Shown here in pieces: positions 1 to 9,399 of a stretch of 64,000 nt of DNA. The stretch lies in assembly GCA_017391905.1 (NCBI GenBank), contig JAFOWX010000025.1, positions 12,943 to 76,942 of the forward strand, in the 5' to 3' direction. How positions within the stretch are numbered: the first letter of the stretch is position 1; each line of letters begins with the position of its first letter. A model generated the notes under the pieces. The model was not told the origin of the DNA and ran no database searches. It saw only the letters and a program-made list of their open reading frames with translations. Made by a program: the position numbers and the translations under genes. The stretch comes from Paludibacteraceae bacterium (lineage in GTDB: Bacteria > Bacteroidota > Bacteroidia > Bacteroidales > Paludibacteraceae).

Positions 1-529
1 AACAATCGCTATCGCAAGAGCAACCGCCACCACAGTTACCACCACAACCGCCACAAGAAGGTTGCATGGCTTTTTGGATTTCTTCTATGGTAGCTTCGCG
101 TTTTACCAATACCTTACCCACAAAGTGCAAGTTTTCGCCTGCTAAAGGGTGGTTTAAATCTACGGTAACGGTGTCTGTACCTACGCTTACCACCGATGCG
201 TTGATGCGGTTGCCTTCGCTGTCTTGCAAAGGAACAATATTGCCTTCAAACAAAATTTCTTGGTCAATTTTACCGTCAATCTCAAAGATAGATTTAGGCA
301 AATCAATCACGCTATCGTCATCGTACTCGCCGTATGCACGGTTAGCAGGAATGGTAAAATCAAAGGTATCGCCCACTTGGCAAGCCATAATGGCGTTTTC
401 AAAATCTTCCAACACCATGCCCATACCACTGTAAAAAGTAAAGGGGTTTTGAGGGGTGGTGCTTTCCATTAGTTCGTCTTCTTCGCCTACTTTTAAATCG
501 TAAGTAAGCGCTACATAATAGTTTTTCAT
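1..529 (-). CDS. slyD: FKBP-type peptidyl-prolyl cis-trans isomerase, SlyD-like (C-terminal end runs off the window)
   Basis: Not in the ORF track because there is no stop in the window. My translation from the ATG at 529 gives MKNYYVALTYDLKVGEEDELMESTTPQNPFTFYSGMGMVLEDFENAIMACQVGDTFDF...VDLNHPLAGENLHFVGKVLVKREAT, a SlyD-type FKBP with insert-in-flap pattern. It is followed by a Cys/Gly tail, SCGGCGGNCGGGCSCDSDC. Confidence 0.75.
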   Translation of the reverse strand, partial: MKNYYVALTYDLKVGEEDELMESTTPQNPFTFYSGMGMVLEDFENAIMACQVGDTFDFTIPANRAYGEYDDDSVIDLPKSIFEIDGKIDQEILFEGNIVPLQDSEGNRINASVVSVGTDTVTVDLNHPLAGENLHFVGKVLVKREATIEEIQKAMQPSCGGCGGNCGGGCSCDSDC

Positions 530-546
530 TTGTGTATGTTTTTGTG

Positions 547-3258
547 TTAATACCAATTTAAGTAAAGGCTTGGGTCGCTTTCTTTTTCGTATTTCAAGTC
601 TTGCAACAAGCTGGATTTTACGCTAATTAAGAAATTATAGGTAGAATACCTCCCAATGGGCACAAAGCTAGCAGACATTTGCCAACAGTGCAAGTCTTTG
701 CTAATGCTGCAATTTAAGTACGTCCACACGTTGTTGGTAATATCGTAAGAGGTGGACATGGTTACCGTCCATGTCTTGGTTAGGCTGATGCGTCCGTTTA
801 AGCTTACATTGTGCGACAACAACCTATCGTACTCTAAAATTTCTTTGTTAAACTTATCGTAAGCATAGCGCACGCTGTAGTTTACGGTTAAACTCCAAGG
901 CACTTTAAACTCCTCGTAACCAGCCTCTTTGTTGGTAGGTTTCTTTTTCTCTTTTACCCCAGCCTTTTTTAACGGGTCGTTTTGTTCCAGTATTTTTTCC
1001 AACTCAGACTGCTCTTCTACAGGCTGTGGTGGCGTATCTTGTTTTTTCTTTTTAAAGGTGCTGTTGGAGAACGTATAGCCAAACGATGTGCTGGCACTCT
1101 TAATCCTACCCAACACCTTGTTTTTTTCTACTTGCGAAACATTTACCTTGCGTGGACTGCCAAAGGGGTCTAACTGATAGGTATAAGGGTCGAAAGTCAT
1201 GTTTAGGTTGAGCGAAAAATGACTACCAAATTTTAAACGCAAATTAGCACCAATATCGGACCAATTTAACGAGTCTGCCAACATATTGTACGATGCATTC
1301 AAGCTAAGGTTATCGATAATCGATACCTTCTTAGACTCGGCAGCAGGGTCGCCCCCTTTCCAATATTTCATTTCCAAGTTGTTGGACAAGCCCAAAGACA
1401 GCACACCGGACATACCACGAGAGGGCGAACCGCCGTACACTTGCGAGGCAAAACGGTCGTAGTAAATGGTTTCGTAACCACCGTCTTCGCGTGGTCTATC
1501 GTAACTACTCCAATAGCCCCACATATCAGCGCCATAATCGGGTGCAAAACTAATGCCCACACTGGGCTGAATTTTGTGCCTGAATATGGGCCCTTGCTTG
1601 CCTTTTCGGCCTTTTATGGTATAAAAACCAAACAATTGGGTTTGCATACTCATGCTTACGCTACCTTGGTAGATGTTGTAAAATCCGTAGGTGGTATCGC
1701 GCACCACAGATCCGTCCACGCCCCCATCCCAGCGTTGATCAACCTTTTTAAAGTACCACTTTAGGTCATTGTTAATACCCAAACTCATGTTTAAGTACTT
1801 GAACAAGGTAAACGATGCGGATATGGGAAGTTTGTGTTTGAAACCGGTTTCCCAATCGCGCAAGTAGTTCATGTTTTTAAACTGGCTTTCTTTTCGCTCC
1901 ACGCTGTTCATGTAGTCCATGGAGTACGTTAGGGCAATTTTTTCGTACCATTTTTCTTTGCCTACCCTTTTTTGGCGTTTAAACGGATACACACGGCTTA
2001 CGTTTAAGTTAAACGTAGGTAGCTGCAAATTGATGGTTGAGTCTGAGGTACGTTGGTCCACACGCATACTTAACGTCATGGACAAGGGGGTATCTGCAAA
2101 CTTATGCGACAACGAAACAGCCGAACTTTTGGTATTTTGCGACAATTGGTTGGGGTTATAGTAGCTGTTTACGTTGTTGTGTTCGTAGCTGGAGGTAGCA
2201 AAGTTTACACTGGCCGAAAAATTGGTATTGGGGCTCATCTTGGGGTCTTGTCTATGGGTCCAAACAAACGAAAAATCATTGGATTTGGAATAATCGGGCG
2301 TATTGGGTTCGCCGGTTACATTAGACAAAAAGTTTAGGTTAAACGAGCCGTTAAAATGGTAACGCCAGTTGTACGTGGATGCCATGGTCAATGCCCACGA
2401 TCCTTTGGTATAGACATCGGCAGTAAGGGCAAGGTCTAAGTAATCGTTAATGGCAAAATAGTAACCCATGCCTTTGGCAAAAAAACCACGCACGTATTCT
2501 TCGCCCAATGTAGGAAACAATATACCCGAAGAATAGCTGCTGTTAATGGGGAAATAACCAAAGGGCAAAGCCAATGGCAACGGAATATCTTCTACCACCA
2601 TGTATGCCGGACCACTTACAATGTACCTGCCTTGTTTCATTTTGGCTTTGGTGAGTGCCAAATAAAAGTGGGGATGATCGTGGTGGTCGCAAGTGGTGTA
2701 TTTGCCGTTTTGCAAGCAGTACACATCGTCGCCTATTTTTTTGGTTTTTTGGCTGGTTACATAGCCTTCGCCTTGCTGGGTAACAGTGCCGTAGATAAAC
2801 CCTTTTTTGGTTTTAATGTTGTAATGAATGGCTTTGGCGTCAAACTGTTCGTTGCCTTCTTTAAATACCGGCAAGCCACTTTCGTTGCCCAAAGAATCCA
2901 CAGAACCGGTGGCATACACCGTACTGCTGTCTAAGTTTACACGAATAAAATCGGCCGTTAGCTCCATGTTTTCGTACACAACGGTTGCATCGCCATACAG
3001 CAAAGCAATGTTCATGCCTTCCATCACAATGGAGTCTTTGGCGTTATAGACAATATCGGATGTAATTTCTGATTTGCGGGGTTGCCTGTTGACTTTGCGT
3101 TTGGGGCCTTGCTTTTTTCCCGACAAACTATCAGAGGCCGCTATGGTAGGCAGGGTGGCAGCTTCCGGCTGGGGTTGTAATGACGCAGTATTTGCCTGCA
3201 ATACGTTGCAGACAAAAATAAATAGCATCGTTACCCAAATATAGAATTGCTTTTTCAA
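547..3258 (-). CDS. lptD: LptD/OstA-like outer-membrane LPS assembly protein (Bacteroidota type)
   Basis: 903-aa ORF with a signal peptide. It has an OstA-like N-terminal beta-jellyroll segment (VYNAKDSIVMEGMNIALLYGDATVVYENMELTADFIRVNLDSSTVYATG) and a long beta-rich C-terminal barrel. It is divergent from an amidase/mlaD pair, as I recall for other Bacteroidota. Confidence 0.7.
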   Translation of the reverse strand: MKKQFYIWVTMLFIFVCNVLQANTASLQPQPEAATLPTIAASDSLSGKKQGPKRKVNRQPRKSEITSDIVYNAKDSIVMEGMNIALLYGDATVVYENMELTADFIRVNLDSSTVYATGSVDSLGNESGLPVFKEGNEQFDAKAIHYNIKTKKGFIYGTVTQQGEGYVTSQKTKKIGDDVYCLQNGKYTTCDHHDHPHFYLALTKAKMKQGRYIVSGPAYMVVEDIPLPLALPFGYFPINSSYSSGILFPTLGEEYVRGFFAKGMGYYFAINDYLDLALTADVYTKGSWALTMASTYNWRYHFNGSFNLNFLSNVTGEPNTPDYSKSNDFSFVWTHRQDPKMSPNTNFSASVNFATSSYEHNNVNSYYNPNQLSQNTKSSAVSLSHKFADTPLSMTLSMRVDQRTSDSTINLQLPTFNLNVSRVYPFKRQKRVGKEKWYEKIALTYSMDYMNSVERKESQFKNMNYLRDWETGFKHKLPISASFTLFKYLNMSLGINNDLKWYFKKVDQRWDGGVDGSVVRDTTYGFYNIYQGSVSMSMQTQLFGFYTIKGRKGKQGPIFRHKIQPSVGISFAPDYGADMWGYWSSYDRPREDGGYETIYYDRFASQVYGGSPSRGMSGVLSLGLSNNLEMKYWKGGDPAAESKKVSIIDNLSLNASYNMLADSLNWSDIGANLRLKFGSHFSLNLNMTFDPYTYQLDPFGSPRKVNVSQVEKNKVLGRIKSASTSFGYTFSNSTFKKKKQDTPPQPVEEQSELEKILEQNDPLKKAGVKEKKKPTNKEAGYEEFKVPWSLTVNYSVRYAYDKFNKEILEYDRLLSHNVSLNGRISLTKTWTVTMSTSYDITNNVWTYLNCSISKDLHCWQMSASFVPIGRYSTYNFLISVKSSLLQDLKYEKESDPSLYLNWY

Positions 3259-3404
3259 GTTAGTTTTCGGAATATTAGCTTTGTTGATACGCCATTAAAC
3301 TGCAAAGTTACACAAAATAGCGCATTATAGAAATATTCTACTTAAAAATAATATTTTTTACCACATAATTAAACATTTCGCACCAAGGTTTGTCAAAAAA
3401 TAGT

Positions 3405-3412
3405 TACTTTTG
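3405..3412 (+). promoter_or_regulatory. candidate Bacteroidota -7 box (TACTTTTG) for the amidase gene
   Basis: Matches TAnnTTTG and ends 8 nt before the ATG at 3421, which would make the mRNA nearly leaderless. Confidence 0.3.
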
Positions 3413-3420
3413 TACCTTAT

Positions 3421-4605
3421 ATGAGAAAATACGTTTTATTATTCGCTTCGATTATATGCTGTGTGGCATCGGCTCACGCATTTACAGTAGTTTTAGATGC
3501 CGGTCACGGGGGTCACGACGCCGGGGCTGTGGGTAGTTTTTCGAAAGAAAAAAACATAAACTTGCGTTACGCTTTGGGCGTTGGCGATTTGATTAAAAAG
3601 AACATGCCCGATGTGCAAGTAATTTACACCCGCAACAAAGACGTTTTTGTGGATTTGAACGAGCGTGCCCGCATTGCCAACAAAGCCAAAGCAGATTTGT
3701 TTATCTCCATTCACACCAATGCGTCTAAAAACCGTTCGGCCAACGGCATGGAAACATTTACCTTGGGGGTTTCGCGTAGCAAAGAAAACATGGAAGTTGC
3801 TATGTTGGAAAACTCGGTAATTTTGTTGGAAGACGACTACCAAAAGAAATACGAGGGTTTTGACCCTAACTCTACAGACTCTTACATTATGTTTGAGTTT
3901 ATGAAAGACCAATACATGGATAGAAGCATTACTTGTGCCGATTTTATCCAAAAGAAAATGATTGCCGCCTCTAAGCGCAACGACCGCGGTGTGCGTCAAG
4001 CCGGTTTCTTGGTATTGCGTGCCACTACCATGCCTTCGGTGCTTATTGAATTGGGCTTTATTTCTAACAAGGACGAAGAAAAATACCTAAACAACACCGA
4101 TAACCAAGCCAAGGTGTGCAAGGCTATTTACCAAGCGTTTGCGGAGTATAAACACGAGATTGATAAAAGAAATGGCAAGGTAGAAACTACCGAAAACAAA
4201 GAAAGCGTTGCTCCTCAACCTGCAGTTCCTCAACCTGCTGCACCAGCCGTTACCGAAACACCAGCCGTTAGCGAAACACCAGCCGTTAGCGAAACACCAG
4301 CCATCACCGACTCACCGAATAACCAAATCACCGAATCACCAGTTGTTAGCGAATCACCAGTTGTTAGCGAATCAGCAACCGAGTACTACTGGCAAGTGTT
4401 GGTTTCCAAAAACAATTACGCCCTAAACAACGCTGTGTTTAAAGGGGCAAGCATTGGCAACGTTATACACGAAAACAACGTATATAAATACCTGATTGGC
4501 CCTGAATACAGCCAAGAGGCCATAGACAAACGCAAAAGCGAGGTAAAAAAACTATTCCCCGATGCTTTTGTGGTAATCTATCAAAACGGCAAACGAATTA
4601 AGTAA
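3421..4605 (+). CDS. N-acetylmuramoyl-L-alanine amidase (Amidase_3) with a Pro-rich repeat linker and a C-terminal SPOR-like domain
   Basis: Signal peptide. Amidase_3 motifs are VVLDAGHGGHDAGAVG and DLFISIHTNAS. The linker reads PAVTETPAVSETPAVSETPAITDSPNNQITESPVVSESPVVSE. The C-terminus YYWQVLVSKNNYALNN...FVVIYQNGKRI looks SPOR-like. Confidence 0.9.
   Translation: MRKYVLLFASIICCVASAHAFTVVLDAGHGGHDAGAVGSFSKEKNINLRYALGVGDLIKKNMPDVQVIYTRNKDVFVDLNERARIANKAKADLFISIHTNASKNRSANGMETFTLGVSRSKENMEVAMLENSVILLEDDYQKKYEGFDPNSTDSYIMFEFMKDQYMDRSITCADFIQKKMIAASKRNDRGVRQAGFLVLRATTMPSVLIELGFISNKDEEKYLNNTDNQAKVCKAIYQAFAEYKHEIDKRNGKVETTENKESVAPQPAVPQPAAPAVTETPAVSETPAVSETPAITDSPNNQITESPVVSESPVVSESATEYYWQVLVSKNNYALNNAVFKGASIGNVIHENNVYKYLIGPEYSQEAIDKRKSEVKKLFPDAFVVIYQNGKRIK
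4241..4372 (+). repeat. in-frame 18-nt tandem repeats (CACCAGCCGTTAGCGAAA type, about 7 units) interrupted by four 8-nt units
   Basis: Read directly. 18-mers lie at 4241, 4259, 4277 and 4295. Octamers CACCGACT/CACCGAAT/AACCAAAT/CACCGAAT span 4305-4336. Further 18-mers lie at 4337 and 4355. Confidence 0.95.
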
Positions 4606-4626
4606 AATCATTTAAATCTTTCTTAT

Positions 4627-5550
4627 ATGGGAAAAATAACAATTTCGCGCGAAACTAAAATTGGTATAGTGGTAGTTGTGGCTATTGCTATGTTGTATTT
4701 TGGCCTTAATTACCTAAAAGGCATCAACATTTTTCAATCAACCACCTACTATTACGCACAATACGATCGCGTTGATGGCATTGTGCCTACCACCCCTGTT
4801 ATGATTAACGGTTTTCAGGTAGGTCACGTTAGCGAAATTTTCTTTGATTACACCAAAGAAGCACCTATTACGCTACAAATTACCGTAGATAAAAAATTAG
4901 TTGTACCACAAGGTACGGTTGCCCAAGTTTACGACAACGGTTTAATGGGTGGCAAAGCCATTCAATTGCAATTAGGCACCGGCAACACCCTTATGCAACC
5001 AGGCGACACGTTGATTGCTTCTGTACAAAATGGTTTGATGGATGCCGTTACTTCTGCGCTTATCGAGCCTATCAAGGCCATGATGCCTCAATTAGACTCT
5101 ACGCTTACAGCAGTAAAAGAAATTATGCAAAGCCAACAAATCCAAGCTATTTTGGCGCACACGGCTCAAGCCACCAAAGAATTGGAAGCAGCATCGGCTA
5201 ACCTAAACGGTTTGATGGCAAACGACATTCAAGTAGCGGTAAAAGACATCAAAAACATTGCGGCTAATTTCTCGGCCATTAGCAACGAAATGCAAGCCGT
5301 TCAATGGGACAGCACACTTATGAACATTGAGTCTGCTATTGCCAATTTAGAGGCTACCACCAACAAGCTAAAAAGCAACGACAACACCTTGGGCGCTTTG
5401 CTAAACGACAACGCATTATACCAAAATTTGGACTCTACCGTTCAAAGTGCTAATGCATTGTTAATTGACCTAAAAGCCAACCCAAAACGCTACGTTCATT
5501 TCTCTGTTTTTGGCTCGAAAGAGAAAAACGAAAACGATAGCAAGAAATAA
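4627..5550 (+). CDS. mlaD: MlaD/MCE-domain protein
   Basis: N-terminal TM helix, then an MCE fold segment (YYAQYDRVDGIVPTTPVMINGFQVGHVSEIFFD), then a long helical C-terminus. Confidence 0.8.
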   Translation: MGKITISRETKIGIVVVVAIAMLYFGLNYLKGINIFQSTTYYYAQYDRVDGIVPTTPVMINGFQVGHVSEIFFDYTKEAPITLQITVDKKLVVPQGTVAQVYDNGLMGGKAIQLQLGTGNTLMQPGDTLIASVQNGLMDAVTSALIEPIKAMMPQLDSTLTAVKEIMQSQQIQAILAHTAQATKELEAASANLNGLMANDIQVAVKDIKNIAANFSAISNEMQAVQWDSTLMNIESAIANLEATTNKLKSNDNTLGALLNDNALYQNLDSTVQSANALLIDLKANPKRYVHFSVFGSKEKNENDSKK

Positions 5551-5575
5551 ATAATTAACATATTTTAACATATAT

Positions 5576-5613
5576 AATGAACCCGCTCATTTTCAGTGGG
5601 TTCATTATTTTTT
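5576..5613 (+). terminator. rho-independent terminator after mlaD
   Basis: AATGAACCCGCT / AGTGGGTTCATT stem (one mismatch), 7-nt loop, then ATTTTTT. Confidence 0.75.
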
Positions 5614-5843
5614 GCGCTTTTGTGCGCAAAAAGCACCGCAAACTTTAACCAAATAGCTATCAGCACATTAGTGATTTTTTGGTTTTTAAATAGCTAATTT
5701 TCAGCATATTACAACAACTATTTATTTTTCAAATAGTTATATTCTTTTTGAAAATTGCAAACATTTTATCATTTTTTTTTTCGGGAAAAAAAATAGATTT
5801 TTGCAACACCTAAAATCAAAGATACTCGAGACTCATAAAAAAC

Positions 5844-7208
5844 ATGAACGAAAATTTAACACAAATATGGCAAGGCTGTTTGGCCGTCATCAAGGACAAT
5901 GTTGACCTTGATGTGTTCGACACTTGGTTTGCTCCCATTGAGCCAATCAGGTACCAAGATAATGTACTTACTATTTTGGTGCCAAGCCAATTTTATTACG
6001 AGTATCTTGAAGAACAATACGCCGACCTATTAAGCACTACCATTACGCGTGTATGCGGAAAGCATACAAAGCTAATGTATCGTGTGGTGGTGGACCAAGA
6101 CAACAAAAGGGGCGGTACTGCAGATATTGTTGGTTTAGACAAACACGTTGAACGTAAAAAACACGGCGCATCAGACTTTGATTCTAACCTTAACTACAAA
6201 CTTACATTTAATAATTTTGTAGAGGGCGAGTGCAACAAGTTAACACGCACTGCCGGTATCAACATTGCCAGCCAACCCGGCAAAACCATTTTTAACCCCT
6301 TGTTTATTTATGGTAAATCGGGCGTGGGTAAAACACACTTGGCTAATGCCATTGGTATTAAGACCAAAGAATTGCACCCACAAAAACGCATCCTATACGT
6401 TTCGGCAAACTTGTTCCAATTGCAATACACCGAAGCCATAAGAAACGGACAAACCAACGATTTTTTAAACTTCTACCAAACCGTGGACGTGCTAATCATT
6501 GACGATATCCAAGAGTTTGGCGAAGGTAAGAAAACCAGCACACAAAACACGTTCTTCCATATCTTTAACCACTTGCACCAATCGGGCAAGCAACTTATCC
6601 TAACTTGCGATAAAAAACCATGCGAGTTGGAAGGTTTGGAAGACCGCTTGCTTAACCGTTTTAAATGGGGCTTGTCGGCCGAGTTGGAGGCACCAGACTA
6701 CACCACCCGCAAAGCTATCCTGCTTAAAAAAGCCGAAAAAGATGGTTTGAAATTGCCCGAAAACATCATTAACTACATTGCCGAACACGTAAGCGACAAT
6801 GTACGTAACTTGGAAGGCACCATTATTTCGCTTATTGCGCAATCTACCTTAAACCAAAAGGTAATCAACCTTGACTTGGCTAAAAAAGTAGTTGCCAACT
6901 TGGTGGGAACAACCGAAAAGGAATTAAACATTACTTCTATCGTGGACGTAGTTTGCCAGTTTTTTGGCATTACCAAAGAACAAATGCAATCGGCATCGCG
7001 CAAACGCGAAATTGTACAAGCACGCCAAGTGGCTATGTTCTTTGCCAACAAGCTAACCGAAGAAACGCTTACCACCATTGGTACTACCATTGGCAATAGA
7101 AACCACGCTACCGTATTACACGCTTGCAAAACCGTTACTGACCTGATGGAAACAGACAAGCAGTTTCGCCGTAACGTAGAAGAATTAGAACAAAAATTAC
7201 ACGTATAA
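5844..7208 (+). CDS. dnaA: chromosomal replication initiator protein DnaA
   Basis: Walker A motif GKSGVGKTHL, LIIDDIQ, and the C-terminal DNA-binding helix region RKREIVQARQVAMFFANKLT...IGNRNHATVLHACK. Confidence 0.97.
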   Translation: MNENLTQIWQGCLAVIKDNVDLDVFDTWFAPIEPIRYQDNVLTILVPSQFYYEYLEEQYADLLSTTITRVCGKHTKLMYRVVVDQDNKRGGTADIVGLDKHVERKKHGASDFDSNLNYKLTFNNFVEGECNKLTRTAGINIASQPGKTIFNPLFIYGKSGVGKTHLANAIGIKTKELHPQKRILYVSANLFQLQYTEAIRNGQTNDFLNFYQTVDVLIIDDIQEFGEGKKTSTQNTFFHIFNHLHQSGKQLILTCDKKPCELEGLEDRLLNRFKWGLSAELEAPDYTTRKAILLKKAEKDGLKLPENIINYIAEHVSDNVRNLEGTIISLIAQSTLNQKVINLDLAKKVVANLVGTTEKELNITSIVDVVCQFFGITKEQMQSASRKREIVQARQVAMFFANKLTEETLTTIGTTIGNRNHATVLHACKTVTDLMETDKQFRRNVEELEQKLHV

Positions 7209-7219
7209 ACTATATCGTT

Positions 7220-7780
7220 ATGATTTACAAGTTTATTTTCATTTCTGACGAGGAAGCCGATTTTATGCGCGAAATCTCTATTGATTCGGAGGCTACCTTC
7301 TTTGATTTGCACAATGCCGTATTAGACGCTGTTAAGTACGACAAAGATGCCATGACCTCGTTCTTTATTTGCAACGAAGACTGGGAGAAAGAGCAAGAAG
7401 TTACGTTGGTGGAAATGGACACTACTGCCGATATTGACAACTACGTAATGGATCAAACTCCGCTTGAAGAGCTTATTACCGAAGAACACCAAAAGGTGCT
7501 TTACGTGTTTGACTACATTTCGGACAGAGCCTTCTTTATGGAGCTAAAAGAAATTATCCCCGGCCAAAGTTTGGCACAAGCCGTATGCTCGGCTTCGTTG
7601 GGCGTAGCTCCCGAACAATACAAATTAGAAGACATTGACTTTGTGGCGGCTCCTACCGGTAAAAAAGACGCCGATATTTTTGACGAAAACTTTTACGGCG
7701 ACGAAGGGTTTGATATGGACGAGTTGGATAACGAGAGCTTTAGCGATATGAATTTTGACGATGATTATTCATTGTCATGA
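7220..7780 (+). CDS. hypothetical protein with an acidic C-terminal tail (possibly PRiA4b ORF-3-like fold)
   Basis: 186-aa ORF. The N-terminus YKFIFISDEEADFMREISIDSEATFFDLHNAVLDAV resembles that family from memory. The stop overlaps the miaA start (ATGA). Confidence 0.6.
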   Translation: MIYKFIFISDEEADFMREISIDSEATFFDLHNAVLDAVKYDKDAMTSFFICNEDWEKEQEVTLVEMDTTADIDNYVMDQTPLEELITEEHQKVLYVFDYISDRAFFMELKEIIPGQSLAQAVCSASLGVAPEQYKLEDIDFVAAPTGKKDADIFDENFYGDEGFDMDELDNESFSDMNFDDDYSLS

Positions 7781-8679
7781 AAACACTAATAGTACTTTTA
7801 GGACCTACAGGCGTTGGGAAAACCGATTTAAGCATTCGGTTGGCTCAACGCCTTGGTGCTTCTATCGTGTCTGCCGACTCGCGCCAACTATACCAAGGCA
7901 TTGAGATTGGCACGGCAGCCCCCACCGCCCAACAATTGGCGGCTGTACCCCATTATTTTATTGGTACACACACGTTGGAGCAAACCTACAGCGCAGGACA
8001 ATACGAATTAGACGCGCTACAGGTAATAGACAAACTGTTTGCGCAAAGCAACTACGTGGTACTAACCGGTGGATCTATGATGTACATTGATGCGGTTTGC
8101 AACGGCATGGACGATATTCCCACCGTTAGCGACGAGGTTAGAGCCAAGGTGCACCACATTTACCAAACACAAGGGCTTGCTACCTTGCAAGAGATGCTAA
8201 AGGAGTTAGACCCCAACCATTACAACAAGGTGGATTTGTGCAACTACCGCCGTGTGATGCACGCCGTAGAGGTTTGTTTGGAAATTGGCAAGCCGTACTC
8301 CACCCTGCTTTCGCATACCAAAAAAGAAAGACCTTTTAGGATTGTAAAAATTGGCCTTAACCGCCCCAGACCGGAGCTATACGAGCGCATAAACCAACGG
8401 GTTGACATCATGATTGCCGATGGGTTGGAAGAAGAAGCACACCGCGTGTATCCCTATAAGCACAACAACTCGCTTAATACCGTGGGCTTTAAGGAGTGGT
8501 TTGATTTTTGGGACGGCAAAACCGAAAGCAAAGAGCGTGTGGTGGAATTGATAAAACAGAACTCGCGCCACTACGCCAAACGCCAACTTACGTGGTTTAA
8601 CCGCGATACAACCATTACGTGGTTTCATCCTGCAGACGAGGCGGCCATTACCGCATTTATTGGCAACTTGCCCGAATAA
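7777..8679 (+). CDS. miaA: tRNA dimethylallyltransferase MiaA
   Basis: P-loop GPTGVGKT, followed by SADSRQLYQGIEIGTAAPT. Confidence 0.95.
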   Translation: MKTLIVLLGPTGVGKTDLSIRLAQRLGASIVSADSRQLYQGIEIGTAAPTAQQLAAVPHYFIGTHTLEQTYSAGQYELDALQVIDKLFAQSNYVVLTGGSMMYIDAVCNGMDDIPTVSDEVRAKVHHIYQTQGLATLQEMLKELDPNHYNKVDLCNYRRVMHAVEVCLEIGKPYSTLLSHTKKERPFRIVKIGLNRPRPELYERINQRVDIMIADGLEEEAHRVYPYKHNNSLNTVGFKEWFDFWDGKTESKERVVELIKQNSRHYAKRQLTWFNRDTTITWFHPADEAAITAFIGNLPE

Positions 8680-8689
8680 ATAAAAACCT

Positions 8690-9388
8690 ATGAAAAAATC
8701 ACTATTTATACTACTCGCTTTGCTGTGCGTGGGGTTATCCCACGCGCAAAGTGCGTTGAGCACCTACGTTACCGTGGGCAACAACAGCGCCAGCGGCACA
8801 TACGTGGACGTGGACATAGATGCCAACTACCAATACAAGGGTTTTGATTTTTTGTTAGGACTTGGCATTACCTCAGCACCCGAAAACAAACTGACTTTTC
8901 ATGCGCTCGATTTCCAAACAAGCTACCTGTTTAACATACCCAAATTTCCGTTGGAAGTCACCTTTAGGTATTTGTTTAACCCACACCGCATTTCGCAAAT
9001 ACGCGAACACAATTGGAGCATCAGCGCGGCCTACTGCCACCCACACGTAGAGGTGGAATTGGGGTATGTAATTCAGTACCAATACGCCGGCTACGACCAC
9101 GTAGGCCAAGCCGATTTTACGCGATTCTTGTACCGCGTGCAAGCCTATGTATGGCCCAAGGAAACCGGGTATAACATAACCTTGGGCGCTAAAAACTACG
9201 ACATACGCAGCATAGACCACCAATTAGAACCCACGGTGTTTTTAGGCGCATGCTATTCGTACCCCCAAAACGTTACCTACCAAATAGAGGGACAATACCA
9301 ACCTGCCGGTTTGGGCAATATCATGTATAATTTCTACGATTGGAATGTACGATTAGCCGTTGTATGGCGTTTTAACCAACAAAACTAA
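8690..9388 (+). CDS. hypothetical outer-membrane beta-barrel protein
   Basis: Signal peptide ending SHAQS, alternating aromatic/polar beta-strand pattern, and a C-terminal ...LAVVWRF. Confidence 0.6.
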   Translation: MKKSLFILLALLCVGLSHAQSALSTYVTVGNNSASGTYVDVDIDANYQYKGFDFLLGLGITSAPENKLTFHALDFQTSYLFNIPKFPLEVTFRYLFNPHRISQIREHNWSISAAYCHPHVEVELGYVIQYQYAGYDHVGQADFTRFLYRVQAYVWPKETGYNITLGAKNYDIRSIDHQLEPTVFLGACYSYPQNVTYQIEGQYQPAGLGNIMYNFYDWNVRLAVVWRFNQQN

Positions 9389-9399
9389 CCTTAGGCACT

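Noticed and set aside
4241-4372. Regular short repeats, here and at the octamer arrays, that might be mistaken for a CRISPR array.
   Set aside because: The units are 8 or 18 nt and directly abutting with no spacers. The amidase copy is in-frame coding sequence. No cas genes are present in the window.
5551-5843. Possible oriC in the AT-rich 293-bp region upstream of dnaA. It has inverted repeats at 5610-5631 and 5716-5738, a T10-CGGG-A8 tract at 5772-5793, and AAATAGCT direct repeats.
   Set aside because: I found no TTATCCACA-like DnaA box on either strand. The first hairpins are explained as mlaD terminators. In Bacteroidota the origin is not necessarily next to dnaA. It would need a GC-skew analysis and a DnaA-box scan of the whole genome.
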